Shown here: positions 17,406-25,278 of the stretch, one piece after another | How the letters are laid out: each line of letters starts with the position of its first letter | Position numbering within the stretch: position 1 is the first letter of the stretch | Position numbers and translations under genes: made by a program | IMG/VR virus record: IMGVR_UViG_3300024507_000285 | DNA: 64,000 nt | Source: a virus | Taxonomy: Duplodnaviria > Caudoviricetes | Strand: one strand, 5' to 3' | The notes under the pieces: model-generated | Database searches by the model: none | Told to the model about the DNA's origin: nothing | The model's input: the letters and a program-made list of their open reading frames with translations, nothing else

Positions 17406-18142
17406 TAGGCCGCCTGTGCTGGAATAATGTATTTGTATGTTGCCAAACCGCTGTCTAGAGTAATCTGGATAGCACCTTCGTTACTCAAACTCATCTTAGT
17501 GTTGTTAACATCGGCAATCTTAAGAATGCTCAAGATTGGTAGCACTGGCCAAGTCCAACCGCGATCCAGTTTACCCGCAACGTTTTGTGCAAAAATAAAC
17601 TCACCGCCGTGTGTGCTTGCATCACCAAAGATAAACTTTAAGTTACCGCCATCTGTCTTTGCTAAGAATGTTGGGTGTTCGTTGTTAGCACCTGCTTGGA
17701 AGTTGAAACGCTGTACTGCGGCAACACTTGGTTCTAGTTCAACATCCCACTTAACACCACGAAACTTAACGGTTTTCATCTTTTCGTTAATAATTTCTTG
17801 ATTCATAAAGCGATAATCATTACGGAAGTCACCGTCTTTATTTTCAAAGTGAATTCCTACCGGAATAGTTTCACCATTTCTTTCAGCAGTTGTAATAGTG
17901 ATTTTAGCATCATCTTTATATTCTGAACCGTCTAATAGGTATTTGAGTTTATTAAGTTGAGGCATGCCAAAAACACCAACCATATCTGGGTATGGATTAG
18001 AAGTTTCTGCTTCCATAATAACAGAACGATCGTCTGCCATTGAATTAATTGTAGTCTTTTCTTCTGTACCTGTTACTTTAACGGTAGTTAAAAAACCTAG
18101 ATTTTGCGTATGTGATACGATGTCTTGTAAAATATCTTTCAT
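17405..18142 (-). CDS. DNA sliding clamp (gp45/PCNA-like)
   Basis: 245 aa, repeated beta-alpha pattern, C-terminal DSGLATYKYIIPA, adjacent to polymerase. Confidence 0.7.
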   Translation of the reverse strand: MKDILQDIVSHTQNLGFLTTVKVTGTEEKTTINSMADDRSVIMEAETSNPYPDMVGVFGMPQLNKLKYLLDGSEYKDDAKITITTAERNGETIPVGIHFENKDGDFRNDYRFMNQEIINEKMKTVKFRGVKWDVELEPSVAAVQRFNFQAGANNEHPTFLAKTDGGNLKFIFGDASTHGGEFIFAQNVAGKLDRGWTWPVLPILSILKIADVNNTKMSLSNEGAIQITLDSGLATYKYIIPAQAA

Positions 18143-18167
18143 TTAGAGAGTCTCCATGTATATTAAG

Positions 18168-18196
18168 ATTATATTTAGATTTTGAGAAAAAATCAA
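18168..18196 (-). promoter_or_regulatory. Overlapping sigma70 (TTGATT-N17-TATAAT) and late (TCTAAATA) promoters
   Basis: Hexamers at 18191-18196 and 18168-18173; TAAATA core within 18172-18179. Confidence 0.5.
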
Positions 18197-18204
18197 CCCT
18201 GAAA

Positions 18205-20874
18205 TCATTCAAAATCAAACAATTTGTTAAATGTATTGTCACTTCTAGTTTGACTGATGTCCCATTCTAGTACTCCAATTAAGTTTTCTAGTTTTTCATC
18301 AATCACGGTAGTTTCCATAGTTGCATCATCGAATGGTAAATCTTTAAACCATTGTGGCAAACGTAGTTCGTCTACTGGATAAGCTACTGAGGTATATGCC
18401 ATCGGATTATCTTTGATTTTACAAACAATGACTTTTGCGCCATCAACGATGTTCATTGAGTATTTGTCGTCAAACATTCTCTTGAGAGTATTCCAATTAA
18501 GACTAGCACGAACGTGTCCGGGCATATTAGCCTTACCTTGTTTCTTTTCTTTGGCAGCATATTCTGTAATGTTGTTGGCTCGCTTAGGTGAACCCTTCTC
18601 CCAACCAGGTCGAGTCTTAAACTCTGTTCTAAAATCTGTGATGTATTCTAGAACTTCTTCTTTACTATGACCAGTTAAGACCATTTCAAGAACTTTGCTT
18701 AGGAAGTCTTGGATAACAACCGGGGTATCTGACCGCTTGAGGTCAAGCCCCATAGCTTTAATCTTGCCTGGCTTTCCTTCGACATCTGTACGTTTTCCTT
18801 CTTTGTCGTAGTAGAGGACGGCATATCGTTTCTTTGTAATGAATAGTCCTTTGGAAGCAACAATCTCGCGACCTGCTTTGATGACCTCTCCTCGATTTTT
18901 TGGGCAGTGGAAGACATCGGACATAAATTTTGCAAAGGTTCCATTTACTTCTTCTCCTATGGTATCATAAAGTTCAATTACATTTTCACGAGACCACGGT
19001 ATGGTCCCTTTCTCAATGTCCTTCTTCAGCGTAGTGTATGCTGAGAAGTAACAAGAGTCTGTGTCACCGTAGATAATAGCTTTACCTACATGGTTAAATT
19101 CGCCTGTGATAATTTCGTTTACTTTACTTGCCATATGTTTGGCAATTTGTCTACCAGTAAGAGTTGTGGATTGACCAATTCTGTTATCAAAGAATCTACA
19201 TCCAGGATTAAGAATAGCACCGTATAATGAGTTTAAGTTAATCTTTTTAACTAATTGACGTTTGTCCCAGTATTCTTCTTCAATCTTATTACCTGCTTGA
19301 ATACATTCTTTTAGTTTGGCCTGCATTTCTTTACGTTCTGAATACCATCTCTTAAGCAGTCCTGGAATAATACCTTCTTTTTCGTAGGTAAAGATAGTTC
19401 CATTTGCAGAGATCATCCACGGTTGATTACTTTCAAAAATTAAATCGTAAATTTGTGCTCCGCTAAGAGTATCACTACCGCCGCCTTCCCAGTCAATGGT
19501 AATTTCACGACCTACTTCTTTTTCCATTACAGAAGTATATTCTAAAGAACCAAAAATACCTTCCCATGCTGCCGCAAATGATTTGCCTTTAGCCATCTCT
19601 GCTTCAATGTATGCTTTAGTTCCATCTGGACGTAGTTGACCAACAATGGTCTCTGGTCCCATGTTCAAAGCCCTAATAGCAGAAGGATAAAGACTATTAA
19701 TATCAAGAGAACCAATCCACTCATGTATACCTTTCTTAGGATATGCAACATAAGCACCAGCGGCCTGTGTGTCTGCTCCAGCTTCTCGTTGTACACGGTT
19801 AGGAACAATCATGCCTCGTCTGTGTGCTTCATTAATAATTGCTTGTTCTGTAACAGCAACAGCACCCATAGTTGTTTGAATAAGAACCGTATTTTCATGT
19901 GCAATGGTGTTAGCAAGATCGATAAATTTTAATTTTTTATCTAACTTATCTAACAATGCACAATCTTGTCGGTTATACTCAATAAACTTTCGAAAATCGT
20001 TATTGTAAAGTTGATCAAGTGTTCCTTCGTAAACGGTCTTAGACTCGCCTACTTCCATTTCCCCGATCGCGTCCAGTCTGTATGTATGTCTTTCTTCGTA
20101 TGTGTACTTTCTGTATAGTTCCAACGAGTCAACGTGAACACGCCCAACCAAGTCATAGGTAACAGCAGTTTTGCCAAACTTTTCATATTCTCTCTTTTTT
20201 GGATATTGATTCCATAAACAGAATCGACGAGTATCTTCTTTGCTTAGGACTTTGATTACACGATTAACGGTATATGGAATATCAAAACCTTCCGAGTTCC
20301 AACCACTTAATACATCTGCTTCTTCAATAAGGGTTAAAAATGTATCTAACATGTCTGCTTCATTTTCAAAGAGCATAGTGTTAGGAAATTCTGCAACAGC
20401 CTTCTCAGCTTCTTCCATATTCATAGTTTTTGGAGGAATAGCCAAACAGACCATAGTTTCCATCCATTGTAGATGAACGGCAATGGCAGTAATTGGCATG
20501 AATGCATCGTCGGGTGATGCATAGCCACGCTCTGGGTCAAAGTCTACCTCAATATCAAAAAATGCTACATTTAATTTTGGAGCATCAATATTTAGATAAT
20601 GATCTTCTAAACAGCGATAGATTGGGTTAATGTCAGATTCGTAAAGTTTTTTGTTTGAATGAATTGCAAGTTCTTTGCGAAGTTCTTTTACATTCTTGCA
20701 ACTTACACGACTTAGGGGCTCGCCCTTGATTGATTGAAATTTACCTTTTGGATCAAGGTAATAAAAAAGGTGTTTGGCGGCATAATCTTTATAGTGCCTT
20801 TGACCTTTGTCATCACGTTCAACGACACGAATTGTGTCGTTTTCGCGATCATAGAATGCGTCAACGTAGCTCAT
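18205..20874 (-). CDS. Family B DNA polymerase (gp43-like; start MSYVDAF)
   Basis: FFDIEVD, GWNSEGFDIPY, YNRQD, SLDINSLYPS, KINLNSLYG, YGDTDS. Confidence 0.96.
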   Translation of the reverse strand: MSYVDAFYDRENDTIRVVERDDKGQRHYKDYAAKHLFYYLDPKGKFQSIKGEPLSRVSCKNVKELRKELAIHSNKKLYESDINPIYRCLEDHYLNIDAPKLNVAFFDIEVDFDPERGYASPDDAFMPITAIAVHLQWMETMVCLAIPPKTMNMEEAEKAVAEFPNTMLFENEADMLDTFLTLIEEADVLSGWNSEGFDIPYTVNRVIKVLSKEDTRRFCLWNQYPKKREYEKFGKTAVTYDLVGRVHVDSLELYRKYTYEERHTYRLDAIGEMEVGESKTVYEGTLDQLYNNDFRKFIEYNRQDCALLDKLDKKLKFIDLANTIAHENTVLIQTTMGAVAVTEQAIINEAHRRGMIVPNRVQREAGADTQAAGAYVAYPKKGIHEWIGSLDINSLYPSAIRALNMGPETIVGQLRPDGTKAYIEAEMAKGKSFAAAWEGIFGSLEYTSVMEKEVGREITIDWEGGGSDTLSGAQIYDLIFESNQPWMISANGTIFTYEKEGIIPGLLKRWYSERKEMQAKLKECIQAGNKIEEEYWDKRQLVKKINLNSLYGAILNPGCRFFDNRIGQSTTLTGRQIAKHMASKVNEIITGEFNHVGKAIIYGDTDSCYFSAYTTLKKDIEKGTIPWSRENVIELYDTIGEEVNGTFAKFMSDVFHCPKNRGEVIKAGREIVASKGLFITKKRYAVLYYDKEGKRTDVEGKPGKIKAMGLDLKRSDTPVVIQDFLSKVLEMVLTGHSKEEVLEYITDFRTEFKTRPGWEKGSPKRANNITEYAAKEKKQGKANMPGHVRASLNWNTLKRMFDDKYSMNIVDGAKVIVCKIKDNPMAYTSVAYPVDELRLPQWFKDLPFDDATMETTVIDEKLENLIGVLEWDISQTRSDNTFNKLFDFE

Positions 20875-20883
20875 TTTTTCTCC

Positions 20884-20903
20884 TTGCAATTTTTGGCTTG
20901 CAA
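20884..20903 (-). promoter_or_regulatory. Hairpin abutting polymerase RBS
   Basis: UUGCAA-GCCAAAAA-UUGCAA followed immediately by GGAG. Confidence 0.4.
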
Positions 20904-20950
20904 ATACCTAAAGTGCGGATTCTGGCCACGCCTACCATCTAAACTTATAT

Positions 20951-21241
20951 TTAATTACTTAGCATTCTAATTAAACCTATGCTATCTATAGTGGTTAGCA
21001 AGATGTAATTAGCCAGCATACCAAATGATTTCCTAGTCCAAGCAGCCCAAGCGTACATAGCACAACCAGTGATCCAAATAGGATAAAGTACCAAGAGAGG
21101 TGGGTTAGGGACCGTAAGGGCCATTGTGATACTACACCCAATACTAATAGCCCAAGCAAGAAGCTCGACAATAAAGCGGCTACGGTAACTCCTAAAATCA
21201 TCTTTGATCCACTCTATGGTTGAATTAAAGTATTCTATCAT
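20951..21241 (-). CDS. Small 3-TM membrane protein
   Basis: Three hydrophobic segments in 96 aa. Confidence 0.65.
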   Translation of the reverse strand: MIEYFNSTIEWIKDDFRSYRSRFIVELLAWAISIGCSITMALTVPNPPLLVLYPIWITGCAMYAWAAWTRKSFGMLANYILLTTIDSIGLIRMLSN

Positions 21242-21498
21242 TCTGGTAAACGTTTAGTAACGCCAAGGATCATTTCAACTTCGTCCCATTCAGTTTCGTG
21301 ATCTTTCCAATTATCTTTATGTGCAATCTTGATTGCTTTATTGATCCAGCTTGGTTTGATTTGCAGCTCTTCTGCTACGGCTTTAACGGTTTCTTTTAGG
21401 CCTTCTTGGAGATCTTCAATTTCACGAAGTACATTTCCGCCTTCATTGATAAGTCTCTCAAGTTTGGCTTTTTCTTCTGCACCATACATTTTTGCCAT
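21238..21498 (-). CDS. T4 DsbA-like dsDNA-binding protein (start MAKMYG)
   Basis: AHKDNWKDHETEWDEVEM resembles the T4 DsbA C-terminal YHKDN...E-x-E-x-EEV segment (from memory); CAGGAG RBS. Confidence 0.65.
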   Translation of the reverse strand: MAKMYGAEEKAKLERLINEGGNVLREIEDLQEGLKETVKAVAEELQIKPSWINKAIKIAHKDNWKDHETEWDEVEMILGVTKRLPE

Positions 21499-21523
21499 AG
21501 TATTCTCCTGTGTATAAAAGTAT

Positions 21524-21552
21524 ATTATATAGCCAACAAAAAAGCCAGTCAA
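21524..21552 (-). promoter_or_regulatory. sigma70 promoter TTGACT-N17-TATAAT
   Basis: Hexamers at 21547-21552 and 21524-21529. Confidence 0.7.
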
Positions 21553-21568
21553 CTCAGGACTGGCTTTT
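21538..21568 (-). terminator. Intrinsic terminator
   Basis: GCCAGTC/GACTGGC stem flanked by A and T tracts, downstream of 21587 stop. Confidence 0.8.
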
Positions 21569-21586
21569 GTTTACCTTTTGGTAAAA

Positions 21587-22384
21587 TTACTTTTGTGCTT
21601 CGGATAACACATCATACATTTCAAATACACCGCCCATTCTTTCATATACTAGCCCGGCATATAGATCTGCTTTCATTCCTTCACCTAGTTTAGATTTAGC
21701 AACACGCTCAGCCCAGGCAAATAATTCTTTGTCTTTTGGATCAATTTGTTGTTGACCGCCGCTTTCTTGTACTAGTTTTACCATGTCTTTGAAAGATAGT
21801 TTTGTTTCAACTGATTCTGCAACTACTTTCTTAGAAGTTTTTACAGATTCGTTTTTCTTACCAAAGTATTTTGCTTGTTTAGCACTCATACCTTTCTTGC
21901 CATCTTTCTTGTCGCCGCCTTTCTTTTTATCTTTAGCAGCTTTCTTCATTGGTTCTTTTTTGTCACCGTCACCGTCGATGTCTGCAAAATCTGGCTTACC
22001 CTTTGCAGCTTCAACCATCTTACTAAATTTAGACTTGAACTCAGGATCAATAGACTCGTCTTTCTTTTTCTTATCTTCTTTTTCAGCTTGTTTTCCACTA
22101 TAGCGATCACCCGCTGTATGTTTCAAACCAGTTTTAGTTTTTTCTGCTGTACCGCCACTAGCTGTTTTTTTCTTGTCGCCTACTTTAGCATCGGCATCAA
22201 AAACTTCATCCATCTTTTCATCAGCTTTTTTCTTAGCTTCTGCAATATATGATGAAGTACCTGCTAGCACACGTAATTGTGCATCTTCGTTAAGCTGAAC
22301 AGCTTTTGGTAATTCTGGAGCTTTTGGTAGATCAACTTGATCGTTTAAGCTATGAATTTTAGTAAGTAATGATTTGAAGTCCAT
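21587..22384 (-). CDS. Lys/Glu-rich putative prohead core / internal head protein
   Basis: Highly charged; many xxE|A/S/D sites (LNE, IAE, MVE, KNE, VAE, VQE, LSE); DIDGDGD. Confidence 0.55.
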   Translation of the reverse strand: MDFKSLLTKIHSLNDQVDLPKAPELPKAVQLNEDAQLRVLAGTSSYIAEAKKKADEKMDEVFDADAKVGDKKKTASGGTAEKTKTGLKHTAGDRYSGKQAEKEDKKKKDESIDPEFKSKFSKMVEAAKGKPDFADIDGDGDKKEPMKKAAKDKKKGGDKKDGKKGMSAKQAKYFGKKNESVKTSKKVVAESVETKLSFKDMVKLVQESGGQQQIDPKDKELFAWAERVAKSKLGEGMKADLYAGLVYERMGGVFEMYDVLSEAQK

Positions 22385-22422
22385 GTTTGAGTCCTTGTAT
22401 CCTGTATAAAGATCCTATAATA

Positions 22423-22430
22423 TATTTATC
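22423..22430 (-). promoter_or_regulatory. Late-promoter-like GATAAATA
   Basis: TAAATA core upstream of 22384. Confidence 0.5.
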
Positions 22431-22683
22431 TTTTTATGGCAGAGCCGCCACCGAAGATATTAGTTTTCATATCTAGGGCATTTTTAGCTGTACCGTCCTT
22501 ATTTTTTGCTTGTTTTACTTTAGGAACTGCTGGTGCTTTTGTACCAGATTTGCCTGGGCTACCTGTGTAGCTTTTATTTCCACGATCTTTTCCTATAGCA
22601 ATATGAGGGCTAACAACCGTGCCGATATTAGCCGATGATGTTGCTCCTGCTGTAGCTGATTCTAAAATATCACGTATTTTCAT
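22426..22683 (-). CDS. Small putative internal head protein
   Basis: N-terminus MKIRDILE|S; late promoter 7 nt upstream. Confidence 0.6.
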   Translation of the reverse strand: MKIRDILESATAGATSSANIGTVVSPHIAIGKDRGNKSYTGSPGKSGTKAPAVPKVKQAKNKDGTAKNALDMKTNIFGGGSAIKR

Positions 22684-22689
22684 AATATA

Positions 22690-22890
22690 TTATTTATTCT
22701 TTCCGCTTTTCATATTTGCACACCAGTGATACATTTTAGATTTCTCACCCGATGCATTTTTTGCACGTTTGCGTAGATCAGTAACTGAACCAGAACAACT
22801 AGCCCCTGAACGTTTTACTCTTCCGGGGCGGCTTTTTCCTTTAACTTTTCCGTCAGCAAAGTTTTCTATAACAAACTCTTTAGCTCTCAT
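22690..22890 (-). CDS. Small basic putative internal head protein
   Basis: N-terminus MRAKEFVIE resembles T4 capsid-targeting sequence MKTYQEFIAE. Confidence 0.6.
   Translation of the reverse strand: MRAKEFVIENFADGKVKGKSRPGRVKRSGASCSGSVTDLRKRAKNASGEKSKMYHWCANMKSGKNK
22691..22698 (-). promoter_or_regulatory. Late-promoter-like AATAAATA
   Basis: 7 nt before ATG at 22683. Confidence 0.45.
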
Positions 22891-24056
22891 CTCATTGCTA
22901 CCTGGAAAGCCTGATGCTTTTCTTTTCTAGAGTCTAAATGTTTAAGCCCGGGATTGATAGTTTTAGTAACCGCTTTAGTATCTTTAAAACTATCAATTTT
23001 TGGTGCTACTCTATTTTTCCAATACCAAACTGCTACTTTAGCAGCAATTTCTGGTTTTTCTACAAGTTCGGGTTTTTGCTCTAACGGCAATCCTAATGCT
23101 TGGCCTGCTTTCTTATAATTGTCTCGACCTGTCAGCTGTATGTATCCGCGACCTTTATATTTTGCTCCGTCTCCAACATTTTTATTACCCAATGCTTTTG
23201 CTTTTTTAGGAGCATATTTAGGATCATATTTTCGAAAGTCTAATGATCCGCCTATTTCTTTCATGTGTTTAAAATCTAAAGTTTCGTGAGCGCATTGTGC
23301 TAAAAACGCTGTAAGCTCGTGACCTACTATACCTGCTTTTTCAGCAGCCTTTTTTAAGTAGACTTCGTGGGGATTACCGGTTACGCTTTTTGCAATATCT
23401 TTTTTAGATACCTGTTGAATAACATCCGGTTTAGAATGTTTAGCATTAGCATCACTAGGAGCACCGAATGCCATTGCAGTTCCTAGTGCCCCGGCTGCTG
23501 CCCAGTCCTTCCATCCCTCGTCAACTTCTCCCTTAGCAGCAGTTTTTAATGCAGAAAAGACTTTAGATAAACTATCTTCGTCTGCTTGATACTTAATAGC
23601 AATACCGCCCGCTTGTTGCCAAGCACGAATGTTTACACCGTAATCGTCAATAAGAATATTAGGAGTACCGTCAGCATTTTTTGCATATTTGTATTTTTCG
23701 TGTTCGAATATAATTTTGTCAGCAGGAACATGAATATGTTTTTTCAGCCATTCACGTTTACCTCTAATGCTTCCTTCTTTATCAAAGTTTAATGGGCTGC
23801 TTAAAATATTATAACCACCTGCATAATCAACTACTATGCTTAAAAGTTTATTAGCAGTAGAAAATGCCGGAAGGTCACGAAATAATTCATAGGCATTAGA
23901 GTCTTTAAAAAATGTTTCCCATTGATCTTTTGTCATTTTATTGTAGTGCTCTACATCATGTAAACCTCCTACATGATTAAAAAGATCAGCAAGGACTCCG
24001 TCCATATCAACATAGACTTTCATTCCTTTGGGTAAACTAAACTCTTCTGCTCTCAT
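22887..24056 (-). CDS. Fusion: HAD 5'(3')-deoxyribonucleotidase (NT5C) + GH19 lysozyme/chitinase-like domain
   Basis: VYVDMDGVLAD, LSSP, ILIDD; then AQCAHET, YKGRGYIQLTGRDNY, AVWYW. Confidence 0.85.
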   Translation of the reverse strand: MRAEEFSLPKGMKVYVDMDGVLADLFNHVGGLHDVEHYNKMTKDQWETFFKDSNAYELFRDLPAFSTANKLLSIVVDYAGGYNILSSPLNFDKEGSIRGKREWLKKHIHVPADKIIFEHEKYKYAKNADGTPNILIDDYGVNIRAWQQAGGIAIKYQADEDSLSKVFSALKTAAKGEVDEGWKDWAAAGALGTAMAFGAPSDANAKHSKPDVIQQVSKKDIAKSVTGNPHEVYLKKAAEKAGIVGHELTAFLAQCAHETLDFKHMKEIGGSLDFRKYDPKYAPKKAKALGNKNVGDGAKYKGRGYIQLTGRDNYKKAGQALGLPLEQKPELVEKPEIAAKVAVWYWKNRVAPKIDSFKDTKAVTKTINPGLKHLDSRKEKHQAFQVAMR

Positions 24057-24127
24057 ACTGGACTATATGGATTTAGAGGACGATCCCATTCGCCTTCTTG
24101 TGGTGGATAAACAGGATACTCGTTCAT
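24053..24127 (-). CDS. 24-aa micro-ORF
   Basis: [24 protein letters not shown], exactly fills the gap with ATGA overlaps at both ends. Confidence 0.55.
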   Translation of the reverse strand: MNEYPVYPPQEGEWDRPLNPYSPV

Positions 24128-24447
24128 ACTGCAAAACTACTTCCACAACCGCAGGTTGTTACTGCATTAGGATTTTTGATAGTAAAACTTGATCCCATTA
24201 ATTCTTCTTTATAATCTATCTCTGCACCGTGTAGATATTGCATACTCATTGCGTCAACTAATACTTTCCATGCACCGCAATCAAATTCAAAGTCATCTTC
24301 GTTTTGTTCGTCGTCAAAGGTAAAGCCGTAACTAAATCCACTACATCCGCCACCTTGTACAAAGGTACGAAGTTTTAAATTAGGGTTTCCCTCTTCAGAA
24401 AGCAAATCTTGAATTTTTATTTTTGCTGATGGTGATATTGTAATCAT
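24124..24447 (-). CDS. erpA: A-type Fe-S cluster insertion protein (ErpA/IscA)
   Basis: [34 protein letters not shown]. Confidence 0.92.
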   Translation of the reverse strand: MITISPSAKIKIQDLLSEEGNPNLKLRTFVQGGGCSGFSYGFTFDDEQNEDDFEFDCGAWKVLVDAMSMQYLHGAEIDYKEELMGSSFTIKNPNAVTTCGCGSSFAV

Positions 24448-24448
24448 T

Positions 24449-24652
24449 TTATTTTCCTACAGGTTTTTCTCCGGTTAGATAAGGAAGACTGAACCATAAT
24501 TGAAACCATTCCGGAGTACCTGGTTTAATATTATGTTGTTTCATAAGTTCGCCTTTTTCGTTTCCAGTAATACTTATGTTGCTGCCGTCGTAAGGTTGAT
24601 AACCTTTAAATTCGGTAATACCTGCAAGACGTTTTAGTTCAGATAAATCCAT
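24449..24652 (-). CDS. Small putative internal head protein (start MDLSEL)
   Basis: [14 protein letters not shown]|F; TAATG coupling. Confidence 0.6.
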   Translation of the reverse strand: MDLSELKRLAGITEFKGYQPYDGSNISITGNEKGELMKQHNIKPGTPEWFQLWFSLPYLTGEKPVGK

Positions 24653-25278
24653 TATGCTGTGGCTGGTTCGCCTGTACGAGAAACTTCCCATTTCTTGCCA
24701 GTCTGTTCAGTTTTCTTACGGCACATGTCTTGCAATCTACGAAGCTGAGCCATTTCTCTGTGATCGTCTGCGTATGTTCCTTGACCAGGAAACACTTTCC
24801 ATTTTTTACCGTTGATATAGATAGCAAAGTTATTTGGTGGTTCGGTGTTGCCCTCGTCCCAATCATCTTCTCTATTTCTACGTCCAAATCCGCTTACGCT
24901 ACTATCGTAATCTCTTTGATAAGCATCACGTCCAAAACCTGATTCTTTCATAGGATCCTTTCCTGCCTGTACTTTTTTATACCATGAAATTAATTCAGCA
25001 TCACTAGCAAGTTCAAGATAGTTTATTTCCCAGTCCATCTTTTTAGCTAAGAATTGAATAATTTGTTGTCTTTTAGATCTATCTAATAAACCTTCTGTTA
25101 CTTCTGCTGGTTTTTTATGTTTTTCATATCCTTGTTTTTGTGCCTTCTTCATATCTTTATGAGCACCGGCACCTGAGATAACACTTTGTGCAGCATGAGC
25201 TACAGGGTTTCTAGGTTTGACATTATACACTTTTGCTCTTCGGCTTTTCTTATGTTCTAATATATCAGATATTTTCAT
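24652..25278 (-). CDS. Modular putative internal head protein
   Basis: MKISDILE|H, VTE|G, MKE|S, WDE|G junctions. Confidence 0.6.
   Translation of the reverse strand: MKISDILEHKKSRRAKVYNVKPRNPVAHAAQSVISGAGAHKDMKKAQKQGYEKHKKPAEVTEGLLDRSKRQQIIQFLAKKMDWEINYLELASDAELISWYKKVQAGKDPMKESGFGRDAYQRDYDSSVSGFGRRNREDDWDEGNTEPPNNFAIYINGKKWKVFPGQGTYADDHREMAQLRRLQDMCRKKTEQTGKKWEVSRTGEPATA

Noticed and set aside
18205-20874. Intron/intein in DNA polymerase
   Set aside because: All exonuclease and polymerase motifs are contiguous at normal length
21960-21995. DIDGDGD as a functional EF-hand
   Set aside because: Single loop in a disordered Lys-rich context without flanking helices
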